DNA from: Thelocarpon superellum
Taxonomy: Eukaryota
Assembly (NCBI GenBank): GCA_026025795.1
Contig: JAPEUG010000001.1
Coordinates: 124,001 to 179,132 of the forward strand
DNA length: 55,132 nt
Direction of reading: 5' to 3'
The notes under the pieces were generated by a model that ran no database searches, was not told the DNA's origin, and was given only the letters and a program-made list of their open reading frames with translations. The position numbers and the translations under genes are program-made. Below are positions 37,568-49,808 of this stretch, piece by piece (positions within the stretch are counted from its first letter, which is position 1; each line of letters starts with the position of its first letter).

Positions 37568-40500
37568 TCATCGCTGCACGGTACCGAGCAGATGATCCGC
37601 AGCCTAGAGCGAGGTCAGTTCCTGCGTTCCGTACTCTCGCTCGCACGCGACTTACCTTATCGATGTTGTAGTCGTAGCGCTCTAGCGCGGCAAGGGCGAC
37701 ATCCCGCGCGTAGCCCAGCCCCGTCAAGCGCTTCAAGATTGGATCATCGTGCTCCGTGCCATCAGTGAGAGCTCTTCCCAGAGGTGGCTTGGACGCCGAT
37801 GACCCGGACGTGGTCTCGAATGGCTCCTTGGGCGGTAGCCCGGGCTGAGAGGTCGCGGTGGGGGTGGTCCCGTTGGGATTATCGAGGCCAGCGAAGATGG
37901 CATCCCAGTCGTGTGAAAGAGGCGCGGCCGGTTGCGCGGGGGCCTTGGACCCGTTGGTGATCTGGCTCGATCCACCATGATTTGGCTCGAATTCATTGAA
38001 GCTGTCGGTGGGCGCCATGGAGAGTGACGTCGGCTGCGAGATCATCGTGTTGGTCTTCGATGGGGCGGGCGAGTCGAAGACGGGGTTGAACTCGTCCAAG
38101 CCTTCGGGATGCGACGCGACGCCAAAGTCCTCCTCGCCCCGACCGTCCGCCTCCTTTGCCTCGGCCAAGTCGGCAAAGTCCCGATCAAAATCAGCGTCAA
38201 AGGCTGCCTTGTGCCCGGGCGGGCCTTGGGTAGAGATGGGCGAGGGTCCTATGCCGACACTGCCCTGCTCGACCGCCGACTGATAGGTATCCGACGGCGC
38301 CGTCGAGAGAGGTGTGTTCGACAAGGGCGGGGACGTTGGAAAGGTGCTGGGAACGGTGGGAGGTAGGACCTTGGTCGTGTTCGAAGGACCAAAGCTCGCT
38401 GCGTTGCTCGCGGATCCCGACGGGGACTGCGCGTCTGGACGCGCGGGGAGAAGACCCGTGAACTCGGCCGGAAAGGAGCTTGAGTCGCCGTGGACATTTC
38501 CCTCCCTGCTCGCTGCCCCGACCGTCTGATCGTAGGTCGGTGGCGACACCTGTGCCGAGGCGGGAGGAGGCTGGCCGATGAAGCTCATCTCGCTCGCCAT
38601 CGGCGCAGGTCGCGAGCCGAACGTGTCACTACGCGTGACGCCCTCTCTCGTGTCGGCGCCACTCAGGACCGTGTCAATGGGCGCGGCGGCGGTCGTCCGT
38701 CGCGTGTGTGGGGGAGACGGCGTGGTGAAGTTATCGTCAAAGCCGTGCTCATCCCCAGTGTCGCTCTCCTCGTCGTTGCCAAATTCTTCGATGGGTGGAA
38801 ACTCGGAGCTGCTCTTGGGCACGCCCGCGCCCGCTCCGGCCACGCCCTCGACTGGCGATCCGCCACTAGGCTGCGCTTCCTGCGGGCCCCGAGGCGGCTC
38901 GAAGCCAGCAAAGGCCGCGTCAAAGTCCTCTTTCGTGGCGGTCGCAGTCTTGGGGAGGTGGCTGGGGGGAGCAAAAGGGTCGGAGCTGGCCCCCAATGGT
39001 GTTTCTGAGCGAGCATCGGATGCCGCCGCGGCCGCGTGGCCGTCGTCAAGATTGTTGCTTAGGGAGCGCTCACTCGTCGTGCTCCCCGCCGCTGGTGGAT
39101 TTGCCTCTCCCACGCTGGCGCCCGATGTGGCGTCTAACGCAGGGGACGGGGTGGCCAAGGCGCCGGCTTGCTCCTCATGCTCTTGACGTGGGGTGTCCCG
39201 AGCGGAGCCAATCTGGTGGTTGGGTGTTGCCGCTTCGGTAGAGGTGTGGCTCTCGTATCGACTGCCCGGTGTAGCAACCTGCACGGAGGAAGTCACCGAG
39301 TCGCCACGTTGCAGCAGCGGCAGCTGGGTCGAGGTTACCTGACGCGACTCCGGCGGGGGAGGGGGCTCGGTCGGTCGAGGTGAGTCATAGCGCGAGGACG
39401 GGGCCGGGGAGCTCGTGGGCGTCACCATCTCGCGTGCAGGGCCGGCGGACAGAGCCCGAGGTTCAGCTTCCTTGGCCGGGGACGTCGCCGCCACTTCAGG
39501 GACGGCAGCCGCGAAGGGGGGACCAAAGACTTGGTCAAACGACGAATGAGATTCAAATGGCGGGGCGGGGGCGACGGGTGGCGTGAGGGTGACGGGAGGG
39601 CCCCCGCTCTCGGAGGCGGTGTTGCGTCGGAAGAAGGGGTTGGTGCTTTGACTGGCGGCCGAGGGTGCGGGGCTCGCGACGGGGGCGGGACTGTGGACGA
39701 GAGACGCCGAGGACATGCCTCGGGTAGGTTCGCGTGGCGCTGGGCGCGGAGCCTCCTGAGCCGCTTCCCGTACGGCTTCCTGGGCGGCCTGCACCTCCTG
39801 GGTGGCCACGTCAATCTCACCACGCAGCTTCTCTCGGTCGCTCTCGTTCGTGGCTAGTTGCTTCTTATTGATGGCTACCAGGCCCTTCTGCTGCCGCGCC
39901 TCGGACCGCAGCTTGTCGAGCTGCGGTCGTAGCTGAGAGATGTCAGTGTTGACAAGGCGCATGCGCTCCTTGAGGTTCGCGTTCTCGCGTAGGTCCGCCT
40001 CCAGCGCCTCCGCAGCTTGGCGGTGTTGGGTCTGCAGATCGCCGTAGGTGCCCTCGATCAGGGCCAGGTCCTGTTGGATCTTCCGGGTCTCGTTCCGCGA
40101 GGCCGCCAGGCGTTCGGCTAGACCTTTGACCTCCTTGACCTCCTGCTCGTACACGGCTCGCAGCTGGGAAAGGCGCGATTCAAACTCCCGCTTCTGTGTG
40201 GTGGCCGTCGAGAGCTCTTGTTCGGTGGAGGCGCGCTTCGACTTGACTTCTTGCATCTGCGTCGACAAGGTCCCCACTTGGTTGGACAGATTGGCCAACT
40301 CGCTGGTCTCCGCCGTGAGCTTCTTGCTCACCTCAGGATCGTTGTCCCCCAGCAGATCGTCGGCGGCGGAGGGTGCCGGCAGCGTCACAGCTCGGGCGGG
40401 CGGCACATTCGAGCTGCTCGACCCACCGGTGGCCTGCGTCGTCATGATGGTCTGACCAAACGAGGATGAGGGTACAAAGGGTTTGAAAGTCGAGGTGGCC

Positions 40501-42074
40501 GGCGAGCTCTGCGAGGCCGCCGGTGACGAGGTGGCCGTGGCTCCGGTAGCATTGGTCGCGGCGGCTGACGTAGGGGTCCCAGCCGACGCAGGCGCGGGCG
40601 CCGGCGGCGCGGAGGAAAGGGCATCAAGGCCAAAGAGGTCGTCCGCTGCCGACTTGGTGGCGGGCGTCACAAACGCGGGTGCGGTCGGCTGGGCGGGCGG
40701 GCGGATCTGCTGACGCATGCTGGGAGGAATCAGGCCGGGCGGTAAAACGGCGGGCAGTCCCTGCGGGTTGCTACGCTGCTGGCGGATGAGATACATGGCG
40801 ACGGCAAACTCATCGCGGTTCAGATGACCCTCAGAGTTGATATCGGCCAGGTCCCAGATCTGAGCCAGCACCTCCTCTGGCAGACGAGAGTTGCTGAAGA
40901 AGCCGACGGCCTCTTCGCCGGTGATGATGCCACGGTTGGCCTTGTCCAGGCTGGCAAAGACACTGTCAAACTGCGTCTTGTCGCGGGGATTGATGGCCCA
41001 CTCTCCACCCGTTGGCTGGGCAGCCTGGAGCGGAGCGCCAGAGGCTGGGCGTGCCAGAGGGCTTTGCGTCCGGGGCACACCCGATCCGCTGAATTGCCGG
41101 GGAATGGCCGGGGAGACGGCCGCGCCGGAGTATTGCGGCCGGACGGGATGAACGCGGCGGGCGGCGGCATCATAGAGGCCCGGGGGCAGGATAGATGGAA
41201 TGGCACGCATGGCACCACCCTTGAAGGAGGCCAGGAGATGCATGGCGATGATGAATTCGGTGGCTCCTAACGCACCCCGTTGTTCCGTATCGGCCAAGTT
41301 CCAGATGCGGCCTAGCACATCGTTGGGCAGTCGGGCCCGTTCGAAGATCTGCTTGGCTTGATCCCCGGCAAGCACGCCATTCTGTGCACCCGACTTCTCA
41401 AAGAGCGAGGAGTACTCTGCCACTTTCTCCGGCGTCAGGGGCGGGACGCGGATGGGCCCGCCGCTGGATTGCGGCTGAAGGGCGGCGAGCGCTGGAGCGG
41501 CGGGGAGTGCCGGTGCATTGAAGCCCTCGAACTTGGGGAGCGGACCACCTGTGGCGTAGGGACGGTCAGCCCGTCAGATGCACGCAGGACCTGGCCCCCA
41601 GACACCTGGGCAACCTACGACGATAGGCCAGTTCGGCCGATGGTTCTAAACCCGCCTGCACTTGTCCAATCAGCCTCAGGACGAGGCCGAAGCCGGCGGG
41701 GGTCAGGAAGCCGCGATTCTCCGTGTCGGCGATCTGCCAGATCTTTGTGGCCAAGCCCGCGTCAGCACGGGTCGTCGGAGCGTCGCGGACGGTGACTCGT
41801 CTCCACTGACCTCTCCAAGCACGCGCGGTTCCAAGCGGCTCTTCTCGAAGAACTTGACGGCGACGTCGCCAGTCACCACGCCCACATTTTCCGTGTCGGC
41901 GGCGTGGAAGAGCTGTCCGAAGAGCCGTTTCTCGTCGGGAGAGAGGTTCAAGGTCGGATTGGCTGGGACGGCGACGAGCCGGTGCGGTCAGTCCATCTGC
42001 ATCTGCGCAAATATGCTCATACGCGTGACGGAGGTGGACTTACCCAAATCCGCGATCCCGTTGACGTCGGCCAT
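37568..42074 (-). CDS. EDE1: Endocytic scaffold with three EH domains, coiled coil and C-terminal UBA (Ede1/Eps15)
   Basis: EH repeats (IWQIAD, IWNLAD, IWDLAD..EFAVAMYLI), coiled coil (SEARQQKGLVAINKKQL), NPF motif, UBA (DDPILKRLTGLGYARDVALAALERYDYNIDK|AADHL). Four introns. Confidence 0.95.
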
Positions 42075-43316
42075 CGCGTGGGCGTGGGTGTGGTCGTAGG
42101 CAGGACAAGCTCCCGCCGATGATCGATGGCCGTTGGTCGACGTGCTCGTACCGAGCTGTGCGACGGGGACGGAGGGCACCAGTGGCAGGAGAGAGAGCTC
42201 CGCAGCTGGGTCAAGTCGGTCGTCAACCAGCGATCTTATGGGGACCCGAGGCGTGACGTGCCGACGTGATGAATAGCACGAGATGGCGTCGCGCCGGGGC
42301 TGGGATGGGATGACGGGCTGCCCTGAACCAGTCTGCAGCGTCGGTCTTGCTTCCACGATCCGTGGTGGACAGTGCACGAACTGCTCGACACGACCAATCC
42401 CTGCCGGGCGTCGGCCTTCTTCCACCCAGGCCGGCTACGGGCGGTGGCAGCTCGTACCAAGTACTTCGCACTTCGTGCTATCCCATCCTCTCCTGACCTG
42501 TATGGCACTTCGTACTTCGTACGAGTATATGCACAGAACCTTGGTCCTGATTCGCCAGTGGTGGAAGCATGAGCAGCACGAGCGAAGCTACTTACCTAAC
42601 GGATCCGCATGCGCCTGCAGTCCTCGCATCTACGGGGGTGGCCAGTCGGCCGAAATACTCGTCCTACTCGCACGAACAGGAGTACTCGTCCCTCTGCGCG
42701 CTCGTATCGCGAGGTGCAGGGTAGCTGATCGACAAAATATGCGTAGCGAGCCGGACGTTTCATGGATTTGCGGCCGGGAGTAACACTTGGACGAAATCAG
42801 CCGCACGCTGTAAGAGGAGGAGGGAGGAATGCTGTATTATTTCACTTTCCATCACCCTTGTGCGAAGAAATACGGGCTACATCCACACTCTCTGGACCTC
42901 TGGGTTGATCCGAGGTGCGTACCGCCATGGACCCTGGTGCGTCGTTGGCTGAGACAAGGACGGATCATGGTCAGGCCGCCGGCGGTCTGGGTTGGGCAGC
43001 AGGCGGATGGCATTCCGGGTGGGTCAAGCTGGTCGTTATAGCTCGTGGTTTGCGTATACCTTCTACCAAGTCATGCGCCACGAGCAACGGAGCTGCTACC
43101 ATACGGATGCGCTCGCTCGCTCGAAAGAGTGGATGAGGGGCTCGAGATAGAAGTCAAGTAGGTACGTGGCCCAAGGTCCTCCAGCTCTCACATAGGAGAG
43201 GTGAAGGTCGAGGTGCGGGGTGAAGGGGAGGAGAGAAATGCAGTCATTAGCACGGAGAGTTCCAGATCGCTACAGCATCATCCGCGCCGCGAACCCGCTC
43301 GCTCCATCACCCCCGC

Positions 43317-45140
43317 TCAGTATTCCGCCTCGACGCCCTCCTCGCCCTCGGCCGAGTCCGTCGCCACTTCCTCGTAGTCGCGCTCGAGCGCGGCCAGATC
43401 CTCGCGTGCCTCGGAGAATTCGCCCTCCTCCATGCCCTCGCCCACGTACCAGTGCACGAAGGCGCGCTTGGAGTACATCAGATCAAACTTGTGCGACAGC
43501 GCGGACCAGGCCTCGGCGATGGCCGTCGTGTTGGAGAGCATGCACCTGCGGGTCCCCACGGTCAGCTGAGGTCGGCGGGTCTCGCGGGGGAATCCAACGT
43601 ACACGGCACGGTTGACCTTGGCCAGGTCGCCGTTCGGCACCATCTGCGGCGGCTGGTAGCAGATGCCAATCTTGAAGCCCGTCGGGCACCAGTCGACGAA
43701 CTGGATCGTGCGCTTGGTCTTCAGCGTTGCCACGGCGCCGTGCACGTCATTGGGCACCACATCGCCGCGGTACAGCAGGCACGTGGCCATGTACTTGCCG
43801 TTGCGCGGGTCGCACTTGACCATCTGGTTGTTGGGCTCAAAGCACGACATGGAGATCTCCTGTACCGAGTTGGCCTCGTGCGACGCCTTGGCCGCTGAAA
43901 CCACGGGCGCGTACGCCACCAGCGGGAAGTGGATGCGCGGGTACGGCACCAGGTTCGTCTGGAACTCGTTGAGGTCGACATTGAGCGAGCCGTCGAAGCG
44001 GAGCGACGCCGTGATGGATGAGACGACTGGCCGGCCACACGTCAGTCATGCTCTTTGCGCCTGGTCTCGTCCCGCCCCCCTGCGGCCGCCTACCTTGCGC
44101 GATGAGTCGGTTCAAGTTCTCGTAGTTGGGTCGCTCGATGCCGAGGTTCCGTCGGCAGATGTCGTAGATGGCCTCGTTGTCGACCATGAAGCTGCAGTCC
44201 GAGTGCTCGAGCGTGGTGTGCGTTGTGAGAATGGAGTTGTACGGCTCCACCACCGAGGTGGCCACCTGCGGCGCCGGATAGACGCAGAACTCCAGCTTGC
44301 ACTTCTTGCCGTAGTCCACCGACAGACGCTCCATCAACAGCGCGCCGAAGCCCGACCCCGTGCCGCCGCCAAAAGAGTGGAAGACCAAGAAGCCCTGCAG
44401 GCCCGAGCAATTGTCCGCCACACGGCGCACCTTATCCAGCACCTGGTCGATCAACTCCTTACCCACGGTGTAGTGGCCGCGCGCGTAGTTGTTCGACGCA
44501 TCCTCCTTGCCCGTGATCATCTGCTCCGGGTGGAAGAGGCTGCGATACGTGCCCGTCCTCACCTCGTCCACCACGTTGGGTTCGAGGTCACAGTAGATGG
44601 TGCGCGGCACATACTTGCCCTGTCCTGTTGATCACCATCACAAGAAGCGTCAGCCATGGTCGACGGCGCTCCAAGGGGGTCGGTGGTCCAAGGGGCCACG
44701 CGGAAGGCTGACCAGTCTCGGAGAAGAAGGTGCTGAAGCCCTGATCCGGGTCGGCCACCTTGCGTTCCTCGGTGAGATAACCATCGGGCTGATGGCCAAT
44801 GCTACGTCAGTGATCCATGCGCACGTCCGACCGGGCACGTGGGTCTGGTGGTGGGGGCAGGTGTCCGTACCTGGATCCCGTGCTCAAGGCAGTACAGCTG
44901 GGAGGCGTCAGCGCGCCCCTCACCTCTGATGGAATATTGGAAAATCTTCATCGTGGGGCGAATTCGACCTCCAGACGTACCTCCCAACATGAATTCGCAA
45001 TCTGGCATCCAGCCTGGCCGACTGCGATGCACCGGGTCAGCCGCCTGGGACACGCTCACCAAGCCACCGACTACCGGATGGGAAAGCGGGGCAGTGGGGG
45101 GGTCGGGGAAGATACCATTCAAACTGATTACTTCTCTCAT
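43317..45140 (-). CDS. TUB1: Alpha-tubulin
   Basis: [53 protein letters not shown]-terminal EEGVEAEY. Six canonical introns. Confidence 0.98.
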
Positions 45141-46075
45141 GGCGACGGCTCGGTCACGGTCGTCACGGCGCAGCGGCGTTGATACGGCACCGATGAAGGG
45201 GACGGTCTGTCGATGGAGTAGGTCACTGGTCGAAGACAGAAGGTCTTGAGTCACAGTGGGAGCAAGACGTGGTACGGTGTTGACGAAGTGCAGACACGGG
45301 CAGGTGGTGGGATCGGCAGGGGACCCGGGGAGATTGCTCGCGTCTTTTCTCGGTTGTTGTGGTTTGTGATTTTGGATAACGCAGTTAGGCAGGGACTGAA
45401 TTAGCCGAGTCTTGCACGTGCACCCGCATGGACGTAGTCGAGTGGCACCAGACGCCGCCCACTAAATCAGAGATAATTGGACGGCAACTCCCGACCCAGT
45501 GAGCATCGAGACACACCCGATGCACGCGGGATGGTGTGAATGAGATGGATTTCTTGGTCAGGGAATAGAAAGTCACGACGATCGAAAAGAGTGTGCAAGG
45601 AGTCCCACTCCTGACAATGGAGATGTGGCACCCTTCTCGGGGTCTGGGCTGGTAGACACGGAGGATGAAAGGTTGCACGGTACTTGAACCAGACCACAGA
45701 TTTCTGCCCCAACCCATGCGGTCTACGGCGGACGAAGCCAGCTAATGTCGCCGGACTTACTGGCAGCGTGGCACATCGTGGCACTTTTGAGGGCGGCCCC
45801 ATGCTTACCGCAGTAAAGGCTAATGGGACCGGCTGCGTAGGTGCGCACCTCTCCGCCATCGGACCCGTACGCGCTTGATACGTGAAGCTTGACAGATCAG
45901 CTGTGGAACATGGCACCGAATGAAACAGCTCCCACAAGAAGCTCCAATAGCTGCGTCAAGAACGTCGGCAACGCCGGCGTCCTAGCTTGCGAGTATTGTC
46001 CACCTAGGTTGATGGTCATCCCATATCCCTCATGTGCATCACACACCGACCTGGAAGCCAGCTGAACCGTGCAGA

Positions 46076-47012
46076 ATGGCTGTAGGGAAGCTCGGCCTCC
46101 TTGTCATGACCACAGTCCTCCTGCTCGTACAATGTTCCCACGCCAACCTTGAGAAAGTCGTCTTCCTGGGCCCGCCTCCTTCTGTCCTCCCTTATGACTC
46201 TCACCCGATACTGGATACGAGTCTCCGTACCTTGTCGCCCACACACCCCGCCATTGGAGCCCTTGTCCCAGCTGCCTTCCCCGCAGAACACGCCCCGAGA
46301 GGCGCGGAGACTTGGCTTTTGCTCCAAGACCTAGCGGAGGGTCAGCGATACGAAGTCCGTATCTCTTGGGCTGCCACGGTGGGTGCGCTTCTTCCATCGC
46401 CATGTCTCGCCATCATTCTGTGAATATCAGTGATCAGTCGCCTCGCCGATCGGCCGAGCATTACATGAAGCAATGTGAAATCGTGTCTTGTACCTGATCT
46501 TTAGTGAATCTATGGATTGGAACTCACCATTGTTGCAGCAGCCAACCGCATTCTGGCTCGAGCTGCACACCCTACCGCAGATCCTGGACGACCTTTCCCT
46601 CAGGGTCGCCTTCACAAAGTACGCCAAATCGAGCGCAGTCATAGCACCTAAGGCTTCCTCTCGACTGACCGACCCTTCCCCCGCTCTCGTGCTCCAGCTC
46701 TTTGCCGCGGCCGACTATTTCACCGACAACCAGACCTTGATGCATCACGTGCCCGCCGTCCATGTCGACCTAGGTGCGCCCGCTCCTCTCAGTCCAACCC
46801 GATGGCCCAACTGACCGTGCATCTCAACAGTTCTTGATCCGTACTTGTGGAACGTCCTCCCCCGATCGTTAGGCCCTACCGCTGGATATATCGTGACACT
46901 AGCGGTTGGCAGCTATTTTCTCTCGGCCTGGATCTGGGCCTTCGTGCACGGTCTTGGCCAGAGCGCGTCTGTGACCAGGGTATCCCCACCATCTTCGTCG
47001 AAGGCCACTTAG
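46076..47012 (+). CDS. PGA1: GPI mannosyltransferase II co-activator (Pga1 family)
   Basis: Signal peptide then ANLEKVVFLGP, GQRYEVRISWAAT|QPTAF, AAADYF, V..D|VLDPYLWNVLPRSL and a C-terminal TM helix. Introns 46379-46538 and 46774-46830; TAG at 47010-47012. Confidence 0.82.
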
Positions 47013-47027
47013 ACGACAACGATCACG

Positions 47028-47405
47028 ATGCACGGGTTCTACGTTCTCCCATCGGAGATGGTAGATGAAATTATCTCCTACTTGCGGCCGACGGACATGG
47101 TCAATCTGGTCTTCTCGAACTACCATCTACTCTGCTTTCATGGGCTGGCACCTCGACTATCGATCGACCGTCTCGCCACCCTCCTCGCGGCCCCTACGCT
47201 CCGTGGGGATCGAGTGGTCCCACCCCTCTACCGCCTACCCACGGAGTTGCTCATCTACACCATGTCCAAAATGGATCCCCTTGGGTTGGCTACCTTCGTC
47301 TTTGCGCAGTACCCCCATCTTCTTGCCCGAGGCATCGCGCCCGCTCTATCAGGTGGAATGTCACCGCAGTTCATTAAAGCGAGGAATCGTGCGATCCGAA
47401 GCTAG
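47028..47405 (+). CDS. Small protein of two tandem F-box-like repeats (125 aa)
   Basis: Repeat 1 FYVLPSEMVDEIISYL..LVF..Y..L..GLAPRLS and repeat 2 LYRLPTELLIYTMSKM..FVF..Y..L..GIAPALS. Both carry the LPxE F-box start; the internal duplication argues the ORF is coding. Confidence 0.65.
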   Translation: MHGFYVLPSEMVDEIISYLRPTDMVNLVFSNYHLLCFHGLAPRLSIDRLATLLAAPTLRGDRVVPPLYRLPTELLIYTMSKMDPLGLATFVFAQYPHLLARGIAPALSGGMSPQFIKARNRAIRS

Positions 47406-47652
47406 GAGATGGCGGCTGCGCCGTGCGGCGCTGCATTCGTACCTCAAGGTGGGTCCTGAATGGACAGGACGTCACGGCCTTGGGATTCAACTGCTGTCGT
47501 GAAATCATGTCGAGTGTGAGAAAGAACATCTCGGACCTCGTTACACCCCCCTCGTGAAAGCCGATGTTTGCGCCTGCAGCCCGTCGAATCAAACTATGAT
47601 ACAGAAGACTATTATGGACAACACATGACCATCTAAGGAACGCACAGTGAGT

Positions 47653-48854
47653 CTATTCCTCTGCCGCAGCGATAGCGGACGCGGTCGCGGTGCTGTGCGT
47701 CAGGCCAACGGATCCAGTGGCGATCAGGTTCAGCCATGCTGCAAGACGATATCCAGCTGCATGCGAAGTGGTCAGCGCACGACCCATTGCGACCTCGGCG
47801 GGGAGAGTACTCACCTTTGGCGATCTGCAGTTCGAAGACCGGGATGGCAGACGTATAGTAGTCGCCATCAAGCTCGGCGCCATCGAGCACGTCCACGCCG
47901 TCCGGCAAGACCGTGGAGCAGACGTAGGCGTTGGAATCCGACGCCCAACCCATGCTGGTGGTGATGGGGTCCGTCACGTCGATACCGCTGAGCCAGGATG
48001 CCGCTTGCGATGAGTAGTCACCCGATTGGATCGACTGGGTGAGCTTGCTGGCCCAGTCCTGAGCCGTCTGAATATCCGAGCCGCCGGTGTATTTCTCCAG
48101 CATGTTCGTGTCCCAGATGTGATGCAAATTCGTCTTCGTGCCGCCGCTTCATCGCCAAATTAACATCGGCCGTACTCGTGAATGCGGGGATGAGACATAC
48201 AAGGTCACCTCGACATCATTGCCGCCAAGATCTACGCCCGCCTTGTTAGTCTCGAGAGGGGGATCAGAAGCGCGTATCGACATACCCAGATTCTCGTCAT
48301 GGAGCGGCTGGTGCACATCGCCCACAAACTACCCACGACGTATTTCAGTGCCGTCGACCGAGGCAATGACACCAGGAGAGCCACTTACGTGGATGACAAA
48401 TTTCAGGGCCTCGAATCGATCCTCCTGAGAGAGGGATGTGTCCTGGATGCGCGTGGTCTTTGGGGACAGACATCAGCCTGTACTTTCGACCAGCCTGCTA
48501 CTCCTAGGAACTTACATAGTTCTGAATAGCCTGCACGACACATCCACCCTTGCCACAGTCACGCTCAAAGTCGACTCCACAGCTATGCGGGGGGTCGTCT
48601 TTGGCATCGATGAAGTGGTACGGAGCCGAGAAGCGTCCGGCTTTGGTGTAGCGGAAGGTGTCAGCCCAGGGGGCCACGCTGGCCAGGTACGAGGACGACG
48701 TATCCGACAGGAGGTCCTGGCAGTACTTGGCCGTCTCCGTCGTCACCAGGCTGCTCGCGATGAAGGCCACCGTCTCGTGACCCATGCCGCCCCAGGCCTG
48801 GGACGCCGGTATCGACAGCAGCGGGAGCCATAGGTAGGAGAGTGCGGACCGCAT
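47653..48854 (-). CDS. S1/P1 nuclease (secreted Zn nuclease)
   Basis: Signal peptide + WGGMGHETVA, WAD, HFID, ALKFVIH|FVGDVHQPLH, LGGN, NLHHIWD, AGYRLAAWL. Five introns including 69-, 43- and 31-nt exons. Confidence 0.95.
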
Positions 48855-49808
48855 GATGGAAGGTGACGGGACTCGGACGAGGCAAGAGACTGAACAGGTA
48901 GAGGGGATAGTGGATCCGACGCACGAGGTGAGCGGGCTTGGGCGTTCTTATAGACATCCTCATCCTTGCGACGTTGTCTACGACGGCAGCATCAGACACG
49001 CTTCGAGGTCAACGTCTCGTTGGCAGTGGTCGGACGTCGCCGGGGGTGGGGTGGGGTGGGAGGGGGAGGCGGGCACGTCGGTGGCCCTGGCTCTCTTGCG
49101 GAGACTATCCCCGTTGTGGAAGCTTGTGTGGATTCGGGGCGCACGCGTATGGACGAGTCCGATGATTCGATGGCTGGATGGAGGTGAAACACGGACAAGT
49201 GCCTCGTTCAGTGACCCTCGAGATCCAGCGCCTTCATCCTGGCTGTCTTGCCGTCTTGCCGCCTTGCCGTGGGCTACGCAGTACCTCGCCCGTGACTACG
49301 TGGGACCGAGTTTGGGAAGTGGGGGAGGTTCACGTAGATGGGTCGCTCGCCCCGCAACTGAGCCGACCGGTCCATCGCTACCGTAATAGATGGCGCACGG
49401 GGATGGACGCTTGATGGTCGTGTCCATGGAACCTGAGCCTCGACACAGGCGAATACGTCTTGCCACGGGCCGGCGCTCGACAAGCATCGGGTTGAGAGGT
49501 CCGCCACGATCTCTGGAGCTTGACGATGACTGGTGCTCTCGGCCGATGCTTGATCGTCGCTTCGATCTCACGGGCCCCCGCTTGGCGAAACTCAATCTCC
49601 ACCTTCCTCAACCGCCACTCTCCCGAACGACGACGCCTCGCCCATGCGGATGCTCCGGTACTTGATTCCATGGAATGTGATTGGGGCCCGCGTCTGTGCG
49701 TTCGTCAGATGCCAAGACCTATCCACGTGCTCATCATCCAGGTCCACAGGGTCGTATGCACGTTGTGCGGGACTGGCTTCTCATGCGTCGACCGGTCCGC
49801 TTGCAGGA

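Noticed and set aside
45385..45937. 110- and 156-aa minus-strand ORFs upstream of tubulin
   Set aside because: No recognisable domain; lies in the divergent tubulin/PGA1 promoter.
46379..46538. Unusually long (160-nt) PGA1 intron as a snoRNA host or stwintron
   Set aside because: No canonical box C (RTGATGA) paired with a D box, and no clear nested donor.
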